DNA of 64,000 bases from Bugula neritina (taxonomy: Eukaryota > Animalia > Bryozoa), in assembly GCA_964035545.1 (NCBI GenBank), contig OZ037765.1:21885504-21949503 (forward strand), written 5' to 3'. A program made the position numbers and the translations under genes. The notes below the pieces were generated by a model, which did no database searches, was not told where the DNA came from, and saw only the letters and a program-made list of their open reading frames with translations. Positions 14,809 through 28,613 of this stretch are shown here, piece by piece (positions within the stretch are counted from its first letter, which is position 1; every line of letters starts with the position of its first letter).

Positions 14809-15629
14809 TTCATTCCCACGTGTAGTAACTGTGTGATGGGAAGTATTGGTAACACTTAAGCAGCCCATCACACCTTTCCCATTGTGGTGCATTGCAAAAG
14901 AATGGAAGTCATAGGTATTTGATATAATTAATTGCCCCATCATTTTCATCAAATAATTTTTAAATGGCTTTACAGTATTTGAAATATATAGCTTGTTGCA
15001 ATGAAGCTGAGTTTTAGAGAATGCCTCAACAGAGATTGTGATGATATCAGAATCATAATACTATTTGCAATAACAGACATTCAAGAATTGATAGCTGTAT
15101 GTTTTCTATGTATAGGAGTTGCTGATTCATGTAATCATTATAAATTATACAATTATATAGCTAATCATATTTTCACAATTGCTATACACATGCAATCTTT
15201 ATTATATTTCTTCATCTGTGTATCCGTCTACTTACGAATATGCATGAAAGTATTTTTGATAAGTGGTGGGTTGACAGCCATATTTAAATAATATATTTTT
15301 GGTGTTGGTTTTTGAATTGGTGCTATTTAGTAGTCTTTTAAGAAAGAAAAATACAATAAACATTGTCGAGTTTTATTGAAAAATTATTTCACTAAACTAT
15401 AATTATTTTTCAAATTTTATAATAAATAAATCGCTGACTATCACTGTTTCCATTAAATATAATCAATGTAAAACACAGTTGATTGAAATAAATTGCTTAC
15501 TAAACATGCTGCACATATTTTGTTTTGTTAGAACATATTATTTACAATTTTTGTGTATAATAATTGATAAAAATACAAATACTGAATGTGTATTGCAGGA
15601 ATAGTGTTCTCTTGTTTTGCGTATCCACC

Positions 15630-18600
15630 TCAATCGTCATCATCACTCAGCTCTATTCCATACTTGGCCATTATCTGTTCATAAAAGTCATCGCCTGTCT
15701 CGGACTCCTCTGTAATGACACTAATGCGACTGGACACAGAAATCACATCAGATGCCTTTTTGCCGTCTGGTAGAATGTTGGTTGTAGAGCTATCGACTGA
15801 TTCTGCTATGTCTAGCCTATTCGATACTTCTAATTTTGCGATTGACTCTCTGGCTGATGGTTTGATAGTCTGAGTTGTTTCGGTTTTTGTTGTTGCTGTG
15901 TTACTGGTATGCTCCCCATCTTTCACCCTCTTGTTTATTTGAGATCCTTTACTACTTGTACTAGCTTTAGTTGTGGGTACTGCTTTAGAATGAGTAGACT
16001 CTAATTTTGCTGATCTACTTGTTGATACATTTTTGTTCGGAGAAAATTCTTTATTAGCTGAAGGCTTTAATGTGCTGGGTATTTTTGAGTTTGTTTCAGG
16101 ATCTTTGCCTTCAAGGTTATCATCTAGATCTGCGTCTATTTCAACGTCTTTGATAATACTCTTGGCCTTTTCTATTTCAGACTTCACATTTATCTTCTTG
16201 CTTTTCATTGGGTTACCTAAATAGTTAAAGCTAACTGTGTTAAGACATAGCAGGCTAATATTAATAACATATATTTGTGTGAAGATGGCATATTTAGTTG
16301 CTGTTGGTGGTGCATGCAATTGTTTTTGTATAGCTGTATAATATTCTCAACTCCAGCTTAATATTGACCAGTTATAGCTACTGCTTAAGTCTTGCTTCTA
16401 CAAAACGTAGGTACTTAAAGATGAAGTAAGGCTATAGCTACTTGTACAGGACTACAGCAGTATAGGTAAGAAAAGCAAGAAACTTAGGTTAAAACACTTT
16501 TAAGTAACACAAATTTTTCTACAAGCTGCAATTGATAAAATTTATTGGAAAAACGCATCCACTCATAAAAAGAAAAATATCTTCCAGTGTTAGCAATACT
16601 GTAGCCAAATCACAATGTTACAACTTCTGTTGATGGGGTAATTATATTAAATTAAAGTAACAAGTCAGTTGCTATTTTTGCAGATAAAAACACAATATTT
16701 TTCTACTTTTTATGCAATTATGTGTAAACGTCAAGCATTATATGAACTCGTGTTTGCTTTGGTATCCGCGCGGTCAAGCTTTACTACGTATACCTATTAT
16801 ATTTTTTGACCAAATAGCTGCTTTAAGCACCATTTCCCCTTTTCCTTGTTTGCTATATGACCATATTCACTCATAAAAGAACAAGAAAACTTGCAAGATA
16901 TAGTAATTAATCTAATATATAATTGTAGACTTGCACTAGACTATTAGTCATGTACATTTGATGTACATAATATTATACAGTTTTTAAAAACATGCATAGT
17001 ATATGAATATAGACAATATCACTCACCATGGGCATCAAACACGTCTACAGTCACTTGGTCTTTGCCATCCATCTTGGGTTCTTTTTTATGTGCACTTGGT
17101 ACAGGGGCTGGCTCTGAAAATAGTTTTACATAATTCTTTTTCAGTTTTACTTCTCTTTTTATAAAGTCTAATGCAGTGATTTTGGTTCCACCAGTTCTCT
17201 TTAGTTTTGCTTGATACTCAGTCTTTTTCATATTATGCTCTGGTAAACCATATTCTCCCCTGTCCATACGTTCATAGTTCAAAAAGTTTTTAGTTATATA
17301 CTGAGATTTATATCTTTTGAGTCTTTCTTTTTCAAATTTGTTCCGAATATTTGCTAATTGTTCTTGCTGTCTTTTCTTAGCTTGTTCTTTTTTCATCTGT
17401 TTGATTTGTAATTCCTTATTATGCTGCAGAGCAGCATCTATCTGTACATCTTGCAATTTTTTCAAAAACATATCTTTCCTTCTCTCTCTTTCAAACTCTG
17501 CAGTCTTCTTATACGCAGATTTAAGATGGCTGTACATCTTAGCTTCATTTTTGGTCAGCATGTGCTGCTGCTCTAGAATGGTAGCACCAACAGTCTGTGA
17601 ATTCCCTTCAACCTTCACCTTGCTATTGTAGATATTAGCAATTTCTTTCACCTTTTCACCGTTTCTTACTGCACTTTCATGTTGATTTGGTGATTTAAAC
17701 ACTGAATGTTTTAGTTTGGTATGATCATCAGCTCGAGATTCTGAGCTCATTGAGCTGTAACCTGAAGAGAGTTTGGATTTAGTGGTTATAGTAGTTTGTC
17801 TAGAAGTGTGATGCTTTTTAGGAGCAGGTTTATCAACCCCTTCAGAGCCATCTTTATCTGGAAGTGTTTTTCGGGCTAAATTCTCTTTACTTGACTTGTA
17901 ATTGCTGGGAGAAGAAACTTTCTTGAGAGGCTTATCACTAGTTGCGTCAGATACGTCTCCTGTAGTCTTTTCACTTAGACAATGATCTCTTGGAGATTTA
18001 TCTACTTCATGGGAGTCTCTAAAATCCATAGAAAGCGTGAAGAAATCATTTAATGAAAGAGCCAATATTTATAGTGATTACAAGTCTACTAAATAGACTA
18101 TAAACTAAAACCAAATACTCATGTCAAAAATTAAAGTTTGAGTTTGGCATTTAAAAGTTGAGAGCAGTTAATAAACTATTTTGTTATATAATGTACTTGT
18201 TAGCAAAAATCTAAATGCTTATCTAATATTGATTTTTGACATTGATGGGTATTCCAATAGTCCTTTTTATATCCCACTTGGCTATATAAATTGCAAGTTT
18301 GATTACTTCAGAATGTGCTGTCATGGGACATACATTATAGCACTATTATATTGTTTTTATAAAATGCATATACTTTTTTTTAGAAATATTAAATATGCAG
18401 CAATTTCAATAGAGTCATTTCGCCACATTATACTGGCTACTCATAAATTTTAAAAGCATTACTTTTATTACATATGAGCTTAGCTAGTGTTTTGTCATAA
18501 CAACTATGCCCTATGGTGATAATGCCTGTGCCTCAGGGCATTAACTTTGCAGCATACTTTTAAACTCATCCAACCTATAATACTGTATACAACAAGTTAA

Positions 18601-21600
18601 ATTTGATGCTTATGTCACTAGTAATAATTTTTTCTCATCTTGTGGTTTATTTTTCAATTTATAAAACATTATATAGCTACTAGCTGATTAAAAGTATGCT
18701 ATTATCTACTCAGCATATTGTATTTTGCCAAAATGTCCTGATTTATACATCAAATGGTCAAAACAACATGCCATATGTGAATAGATTTTAGCAATGAAAG
18801 GACACAAATATTTCATTATGAGGAATAACCCTAAACTAATTGTTATATTGCTACATGTTGCTGTTTCTTTAGCTACATCAACCAAGGTTGCTGTAGTATC
18901 CAAGAGTTATTGTTTGTGTAACAAATTCTTTTAAGCTCAGCTTCATTTTAAGACATTAGGGGAATAAAGCAACCATTCTTTACTAATTTGTTAAAAAATT
19001 AACTCAGTCAATTTGCTAAATGACTTGTGAAAAATTTCTTGTTTATCTGGCTAGTAATTTTTTATTTTATCAACCAACAAATGCCTGTAATTCGGTTGCT
19101 GATTCTAAGACACTATGCAGTATGCATAGCATTGCTGTAACAGCTTGCTTATGGAGCAAATGTGAAGAAAATTGCACGTTATGTCTTGAAAATGTAAAGA
19201 GGTGGGTATCATGATATCTAAGTATCATGATACCATGATATCATGGTAATATAAATATTTAAATTGCGCAAATTAAAGTGAAGTACATTACCTTAGATTA
19301 GGAATTGTTTGCGATGCTCGTACTTCAGCCCATCCTGTGGCCATTTTTCCTTTACTTAAAGACTGAGATCCTTGTTTTTTAGACGACATTCCAGCAATGT
19401 GACTCCCTAGGAATTTGGTAGTTGGACTACCTTGGCTCTATAATTCAAGTAGATTAGCCAAGCAGTGCATTTAGGTTTAGCATTAATCTAAACATCAAAC
19501 TATTTCTAGCACCTCTAGTCATACAGTCACATATATAGTCACTATTCCCCACAGTCATACAGTGTTTGTAAAATAACTTTGTTGAATATTCACAAAACTT
19601 ACTGATAATTAACTTTTCTATGCGTTATAGTTTGATTTTAAAATAAATTCCACTAATATGTACTGCAAAATAAAATAAAACTGGGTTTGATAGGTGCATA
19701 GCACATCTAAATTGTATTCTTATAGCAATTTGAAGTAATTTAATGTTGACTATTTCATAACTAGCTTTGCATTGTTTATAAATACAAAAAAGCAATAGGC
19801 TAAAATCTTTCTGACTAAATAATGCAATCTGTTGCACATAAAACATTACCATTTGTTTTATTGCAGTTCTAAATAAAGTGATTATATAAAAGGTAAGCAA
19901 CTATAAATTTTGCTGCCATTAAATAATGTATTATAAGCAGATCACTTCTATAATGAAGATGCAGCATTTTTACCCTTTGATAGTTTGATGGGTCTTTAGA
20001 TATAACTGATCTTTGACTGTGTTTATTTGGACTTTGCTCTGAATTTTGTAATCTTGGCAAGTTTTCTGCAACCTTTGCCACTGAATGTGGGGCTGAAAAC
20101 AGCTTGTTTGCCTGCTGTCTAGCTTCAGACACTACAACCAAAGTAATGTACATGATTTCTGATTTTTTCGACTGTTTTTAGAATATTATACAAATAAAAA
20201 GGCGCTTCTTATAATGTTCTACAGCTATAAATAAAAATATCCAAGTGAACTCTAGAATACACAAATCGGTTAGCTATACTTCAATATTTTATTCATAATA
20301 AAAGCAATATGCCAGTTTAGCTACTATTTATGTAAAAATGAATTATATATATCGCTAAAATAATAATGTGAACAACATAGCTCAGATGTTTGGCTCACCA
20401 TTTTTAAGAGGCTCAGAATAACGTCCCTCTCCATTGAATACTCTATTTAGTGTAGAACTTTGGTTATATAGTTTTGGAAACCTTTCTTCTTGTCTTGCAA
20501 ATACTCTACTGCGCTGTGACTGTATAGAGCTGTAAAATCGAGTAGGATTGTAATGATATTCTGGTGCTCGCTGATGACTAAAGAAAACTCGAGCAGCTTG
20601 GGTAGAGAAGTCAGAAAATGCACTCATGCTGTTGTAAGCAGTTTGCTACTGCTACAATAATTATTCTTTAAGTGCTTTATAGGCAGGTAACCAGACTGTC
20701 TTCTGTCAATTATATACATCAACGACTGATTTAAATAATTGAAATGTTAAATTTTGTCCTGGTGCAACTTTTCCATTCAATTTCATCAGTTGAGTGCTAA
20801 TCTATTGAAATATTGTTGTTTTTAGAAAATGCATGATTAGCCTAACAAACTACCATAAGAAATGTATGCAAATTGAAAACTTGTTTATTAGATGATATCT
20901 CCTTTATACCCCATAAGGTTACTAGAAACTAAATGGTCAATAAGAAATGTTTATTCATAAAAAGGGACAAATTCAATCTAATGGCTCATTAGCTCCCAAG
21001 CATTTAATAAATTTAAGTTTGGCTCCTACAATATCATGACAATGCAATACAAAGAAATGCAAATAATTATATATATACATACATATATTATACACAATAG
21101 TTGAAAAGTCTATTTTTGAAAAGTTAAATTTACAAAAGTTAATGTTGGCTAGTACATTTTTGAGGGAAGAAATTAGAGGCTTTTGTCCATGCAAGTTTGT
21201 GTTTGAGCTTTAGCTTTTTATTTAACTTTGATAATACACATTTTCATGAAAAAGCATAAAAAGTTATTTAAGTTAGAATGAATAATTTAGTAGATTGTGT
21301 ATTGGCTATGATTTGCACCACCAGATTATGTTGATGTGCAATTGTCTTATTTTCAAAAATCAATGGCATCCATTTTAGCTACAAAATTATTTAGATATTA
21401 CATGAGTTTCATTGTATTTTATTGCCAAAATACAACCTACGTATGTACTATATGATTGTCTAGTGCAAATAATACGGGCATTTTGGGAAATATTTACACC
21501 ATGTCCTCTTAGCAAAGAGTAAAGAATTTTTTCTTTACCCTAGAGCAGTACAGTTGTTTCTGCTAAAATAAGGATAAGGGTGAATCAAATTGCTTTTATT

Positions 21601-23827
21601 ATTAATAAAAATGCTTTGCCTAAATATATTTTTTAATTTATTAAAAGCCCATCGATTAGACAACTACATAAAGCTGTAAATGTATACTTCATACCTTTTG
21701 AAAATTGAATCTACAGCAGAAGTCTGTTGTCTATTAAACACTAACGAATTGGAGTAGTGATTAGCATTTTGTGTATTAATATTTAGTAAAGGAAATCTTT
21801 GAGTAGCTAAATCCATGTCTACTGTGTCTGCCAGCATGAAATATCTCTCATGAAATGACAAGCTGTCAATAGAGATATAGTCATTACATGCTTGACCAGA
21901 GGGAGTTGTTAATTTTAGATTAAGTACACATTAGTGTAATTTACAAAAGAGTACCAGCAGCTTTGGCTGGTATAGAATCATAACAACAAATGTTTTGATT
22001 AAATGCACCTGCTATGAGGGTACATGTTTAGAGACAATGTCTTGCAAAATTTATTATACAAATTGATTTAATAACAAACGTAGTGCAATTATATTTAAGT
22101 TTTCTAGCGTTAACAATTATTTACGTAGTGAAAAACTACATTGTAATTATGTAGCTGTGTTATATTGGTAAATGCGTGCATATTATATGGTTGCATATAT
22201 ATAATTACAGTTCACTTGCTACCAATAGGATAAACATTTCAAGTATTCTGATTGTGCAAGATTGTTTACGTCAGTTACTTAGCAACACTGTTTTACGTTT
22301 AAACCAATGACAATTGCAGTTATACAACCCACACAAAATTTGGAATTGAACAAAAAACAATGTCACTGCATTTTTTGTGACAAAACAATTTTACTGCATT
22401 TGATAAACTCTTTCAACTCGAAATCCGCCCATATAGTACAGCTATGTTTTCAGTATACAGGTGGTGCAATTATTGGCACGTGTCTGTCAATGCCTTTACA
22501 ACAACGATATCAACTTCAAAATGATAAATAAGTAGCGACATACACTTGATATTTGAAATGATGGATCTAATCATCACCCTTCATGCTAATGGAGATTGAA
22601 ATTGCAAATTAATAAACATTATACTCATGATGGCATGCAGACAAATATGAAAACTAATTACACTTGTATTGATTTCTATCTATTGGTTTCATGTCAACAA
22701 TGTGCATGTCTGTAGGTTCACATTAAGGCAACTCCATGCTAGGCATTGATTACAGTTCACTAATGAAACAGATTATACTAGGTATCTAACCAACGGGTAG
22801 ATTAAGAAATACAAACACTGAATTGTTTCAATGTAATTACCACTCTATCATTTTTGAAATTTTCCATCTCATTTAGCAATATCAAGGTCATTTCCTGTAA
22901 TGTCTCATACTGTACTTATATAGTTAAATGCTCATTCTAACTACATGAATTTTGAAAAAAAAAACATTTTACTGCATAAAACAATGATCATAAGCATGTG
23001 TGATGGCAGATCTTCGTTGGAAGACATTAAATCAATGGAGGATGTACTATAATATATTACCGGAAGAATCAACAAATTGGAACATAAACTTATTTCAAAT
23101 TAGCAGTGGTTCCTATAATAAATTCAAACAATTTAAATATTACAAAATTATATCTAGCTTACACTTTTCCAATTACCTTACATCCAATTTCTTCTTTTGA
23201 ATTAACTTAATTTCACTTGCATGTGTTAATTTATCTATCAAAGTTTATCTACATTACTCTATCCCATGAACACATCAATGCCTTTTAAAGGCTAAAAATA
23301 GCTACAGACATGCATCCAATACAATGCCATGCTACACTACAAGAATGTCTCTTGAAAGTGTTAATGCCACAGGAAATGTGAACAGTGTTTGTTTGTTTTA
23401 CTGATTACTGACCTGAGCAACAGAGTCAACAAAAAGAGTCAAACAAAATGCATCTGAAGTCATGCCTGTCATATGAGTTTGAGCTAAAGTTCTTCATTTC
23501 TAGTTTTTACACTCTTTAATTTTCAAAAGTAAAATTTATTTCAAAGGTATCAACTTGCTGTTAAAATTCAATATATTTTGCCTCAGTAGACATTTTTGAG
23601 AAGTAACTAATACTAGTACTGGTGGTCAATATGCCAACCAACAGGCTCACAGAAAAAAAGTGATTATATAATGAATTACTATGCATAATTTCCCTCAGTC
23701 TACTTAGATTCATCTGATAACAACTGGGATTTCCTAATAGTTCATGTCATTAGTTACTTAAACTACAATTTGTTTATAACAACACTACCCATGAGGAACA
23801 CACACCACACACACACCACACACCACA

Positions 23828-23878
<51 letters not shown>

Positions 23879-23978
23879 ACACACACCACACACACCACAC
23901 ACACACACACACCACACACACACACCACACACACACCACACACACCACACACACACCACACACACCACACACACCACA

Positions 23979-24031
<53 letters not shown>

Positions 24032-25112
24032 CACACAACGACCTCGCACTCCATACAATACATATAACACACCAGCACCATACACAACACATACACAATA
24101 CATACACAACACATACACAACACATACACAACACATACACAACACATATACAACATATATACAATATATACCCAACATATACCCCATGAAATACGACAAG
24201 GTTGATTTTTCAGATAAAGTGATGTAATCTAAAACAACTGCAGCAAGTTTATTAAAGCTTAAAGGTAAACAAGTTTATTGGCTGGACAGGTGATTAGTAA
24301 CTAGAGCTAATCTTATTTGAGTTTAATCTTACATCTTTTAAGAGTTTTTTTAATCAGGTGTTAAATAAGGTTGATAAATATTTACCTATTTCACTTTAAA
24401 TTGCCTCACTCAGCAACACATTATTTGTGTTTTAAGCATAAAATTAATGCCTCAGGCATTATGGTTAGATGGAAAGAATATGTTAGTTATAAAATAGAAT
24501 GTAATAATAAGTTCTATCATTTTGGAAATAGCTAAGAGCATGAATCTTAGCATTAAAACTAGTAACAATCTTTTATTGATGATTAATTTAAAGTAAGTTT
24601 TGCTCAGAATTTTTCATGTGAATAAATAGGAGCTGAACACATGTGCACTACATGCCTATTCAAACAGCAGAAGCAGAGCAAAGACAGCTGGGAACAAATC
24701 AACATGATTTTCATGGTCATGTATCATTAAATAATGTGCTCATCAGTCTGCTAATACAGTTGCCTTGATAAGCTGAAAATATATTATACCAATATATTAA
24801 TATAATAATATAGTAATATGGTAATACATTGTTATATTAATATAGCAATATAGTAATATAATATAGTGATACAGTAGCATAGTAAAATAGTAATATAGTA
24901 AAGTAGTAATACAGTACTGTAGTAATATAGTACTGTATTATTTACCTGAGTTTACGACCTCGAGTAAAGTTATCTCTAGTCCAAAGCTCTGGATTAGCGT
25001 ATCCTTCATTGTTGAATTTTGGTAACTTTATTTTATTATTACGAATTGGCTTTAACTTTAATCCTGCCTTAGTATGAGAGAGTCGAAATTGTGGCTGCAT
25101 TTGCAACATCAT
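15630..25112 (-). CDS. Uncharacterised low-complexity/coiled-coil protein, 7 exons, about 815 aa
   Basis: Exons 24946-25112, 21695-21862, 20399-20628, 19974-20131, 19292-19437, 17027-18018 and 15630-16216 join in frame with GT-AG sites (2448 nt, no stops). K/S/T-rich, with a central charged helix (EFERERRKDMFLKKLQDVQIDAALQHNKELQIKQMKKEQAKKRQQEQLANIRNKFEKERLKRY) and C-terminus EQIMAKYGIELSDDDD. The three 5' exons are less certain. Confidence 0.75.
23798..24185. repeat. (CA)n/(CAC)-interrupted microsatellite followed by about 11-bp ACACATACACA repeats
   Basis: Directly visible; produces the spurious His/Thr and Val/Cys ORFs. Confidence 0.95.
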
Positions 25113-27770
25113 TTCATACTGTAATGCTATTCAACACAACCACAGATTTATTCCATTTGAGTTACAGCACGTGTGTTTGCTCAGCTCGAAATACAATACT
25201 TCAAATAGTTGAACCGACACAGTTAGCAACCTTACTGGTGTTTGACTACTCAACGTTGGAATTTCAATGCTGAAATGAAATTGTTCCAAGATATTCTGCA
25301 AACTAATCTTATGTTTACTATTGTGAAAAGTACCACTTTGAAATACTTCAAGTTATAACACCTTTACAAAAAGATCAAATCAAGCATTAGTTTGTTGACA
25401 CAATTTGTCTATGGGTTTCTATTAATAGCGATTCAATCGAAAACTTTTACAAAAGCTTTATCTTGTATTGTGTACAGATGGATGTATTTCAATATCTCAA
25501 CAGCAAGCACTAGCAAACACTGCCTTAGAGATGAATATGGGATAGCATTAAATGAATAAATAAAGCAAATACTGAAACTGAAAAGTTTTAAAAAGCTTCT
25601 TATTTTGAGCGTAATTATTTGGTAAGTTCTAGGTCAATAAAATTGATATCTCAAATAAATCCCGTGGCATGAAAAATTAATTCGTATAAAATGACAATTA
25701 AGAAGTTCTTTTATCTCACAATATAGTCTTATATAATGGCATTTCCTCATTTGTTAGCCTTTTTGATGTAAAATTGTATGATTGTAAATCTGATTGGCCG
25801 TGATGTGGACTAACCTAAATAAACTATTGTTCACATTTTCCAGTGTGCAGAATATACTGCATATGAATCCATGCCAACTTGTGCTATTATGAAGGATTAT
25901 AATACAAACTACTCTGGCATAGTAATTATTTATCTGAGAGGAGATTTTCTCAGCACTTCTCAATCTTTAAAGATCCTAGTTTATGTTATAGAATAATATG
26001 AATTTAGATTTTCTAGTTCAAGTATGACACTGCATGGATCATACTTGAAAGAAGAAAAGTTTAAACTCATGAAAGGTCATCTTTTGTTCCTGCTGCTTAT
26101 TTAATTTGAGTTATGAGTTAGTCAAGTTCAAGTTCAGATACTTATAAAGCTAATCCCAGAAGAGCTGGGTATATACTGCATGTTACTATACATAGTGTGC
26201 AATATGCAGCTGCAAGCACAACTGTCCAACATTCCACCTTTGCATATAGCATGCTTTTATGTATTCTTATTTAAACAGCTGTTACTAAGTCATTTCCACT
26301 GCGATTTAAACTAATTTATATTTTACATAATTTTCTCCAAAAAGTGTGGTGGGATCTTGAGTTACTAAAGAAAATTGGCACACAATTGTTATATCTATTC
26401 TTAAAACTATGTGCAGATATACTTTCACCATAGTTTCGAAAATAATTCATTATAAAAGCTAAACAACATACATTTTGCAGAGAAAAACTAAATCTCTATA
26501 ATAGCTGATGGCACTACTGTAGGTAAAATATTTGCTTATAGCCAAAGATGTTTTGCTTCAGCCTGCTGTTTGCTGCATGTTATAAATGTGCTCCTTGTCA
26601 GCAAACTTTTACATTGATTATCTAATCTAAAACTTCACGGTGTATTTATTTTTGCAATGAAATTCTGACAACTTTGTAAAATCTCTCATTAAGGACGTGC
26701 CAGCACAGAAATGAAAGTGCACCATTGTTATGTTCACAACTGTATTACTTCAAGCTGTTTTAGCTAGAAATATCTAAATTCTAAAAGAATAATGTTTTAC
26801 TGCGTTTTAAGTGCAATAATTGTTCTTCGAACTTCAAAGGTTAATTATATAGCATTTTGCCTTTATAAAAACTGGTTTACCATCAAGTAAGCTAACACCA
26901 CTGAACTGATACTATAAGGTTATAGTTCACTGGCTAACACTGTTGATTTGGAGACTGATGCCATCTTATTTATGTTAAATATTAGGATAAAATTGGTAGA
27001 GTTGTAGTTGACATGACTGTTGTATTTTACGTATGTAGAAGAAGAGAAAGAACGAGAAAAAGTATTGTGGGTAATATAATAAAGTATTCGTACAGAGAGA
27101 AGACAACTAATAATATGGTTATTTGTTAGTTATAAATGTTCATTGTCACAACAGGAAGATTGTATCCTATCAACAAACACATCTAGCCATTTAAATTAAT
27201 AACAGTGTCAGTTTGAATAGTTGTATAGATAGGTGTCTCCAGCTAAGATCAAGAAGTACTCTTAAAAATATTATGTGAATGATTCGATATAGCAAAATAT
27301 GTATATCAACAACAATAGTGTCAAGATTCATGCTATCTAATGCTCTAAGTGTACAATATGACAGAATTATATACAAACATGCAATTGAGTCTAAAGATCA
27401 GATATTGCTTTCATTGCTTGACTAAAACTATACCTGATGAAAACACTTATTCCAGTTACATATTTGCAAATTAACATGTTAAATAACGATACTCAGTTTG
27501 CTTGGTTATAATAAATTATGAATAACTCTGCTACTTTCCTAAGCTTGCTACATTTAATAGAAATATATATAGAATGTTGTTCAACTAAAAAGAATTAAAT
27601 ATTACCAAATAACAATTATTAATCTGTTTTAGTAATTTTAGTCCTTGAACCCACTGAAAGTAGAAGTTAGAAAGGGAAGTAAACAGAATAATTAAGCCAA
27701 ATTTCAAACACTTAAAAGGATATTCTACTAGGGTGATTGATATCATTTGTAGTGTTGAGTTTACACAGTG

Positions 27771-27842
27771 GTCCCCGTGGTGTAATGGTTAGCACACTTG
27801 CTTGCAAGCCAGAGGTCTCGGGTTTGAATCCCAGTGGGTGCA
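27771..27842 (+). mobile_element. tRNA-derived SINE head or tRNA pseudogene
   Basis: A-box TGGTGTAATGG, D-arm GTGTAATGGTTAGCAC and B-box-like GGTTTGAATCC. The anticodon loop is only 6 nt and the acceptor, anticodon and T stems have mismatches, so it is not a functional tRNA. Confidence 0.7.
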
Positions 27843-28613
27843 ATTATTTTTCATCATTAAAGACCTAGTGAGAACCTAACCTACTGATGTGATAAAGTAC
27901 CACTAGTTTATGTATCTAATAAATATCTAGTGTATGCTAGCTACTGCTGCTTTGTATTCCATTAAATATACATCTAGGCTGTCACTGTTATTAGGAAGAC
28001 AAATCCAAGTTTGAGAAAATTGAGTTCCTTAATAAAGCTAGCCAAGTACTGTATTACGCAACTAATAATACCTGTAGTTGGTCTGAATTTAGAAAATAAG
28101 TTCTTTGAAGAGATGAGCCTACGAATTGCTACTGCTATCATAATAAAATTACTAGAACTGATAAAAACTTATTGCAACTTTTTACAACACAATTCCAGAG
28201 GACGTCTTGAATGAAATAAGAACCATTCAAGTACTTACAGCTAAATCAGTTTTATCACAGTATGCTTGCCTAAACTAGCTTGTAATATTGCTAGGCATGC
28301 CAGTCAGGCTGCTTTTCACTTAAATAATAAAATAAATAGTGACTCATATTATATTACTACGGTATTGAGCTTGAAATACAAAAAATAGGTCAATTAATGT
28401 TTTTTTATATTATTTTTTTGGAGCAACTATAATTTTGAACAAATGAAAAGTTTATAATAGTTTTTTTAATTTGATTAGCCACAAATAAAACAAACAAACA
28501 AATTTGCTGCAAAATGTATCATAATGAAGTTGAAAAAGTCAAGTAGCGTAATTAAGGAGTTGGAAAGCTTTTATGTAGTATATACCAAACTCATTAAATA
28601 GTAATGTGGAAAT

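Noticed and set aside
23763-24199. His/Thr-rich and Cys/Val-rich ORFs
   Set aside because: Translations of the CA microsatellite inside an intron.
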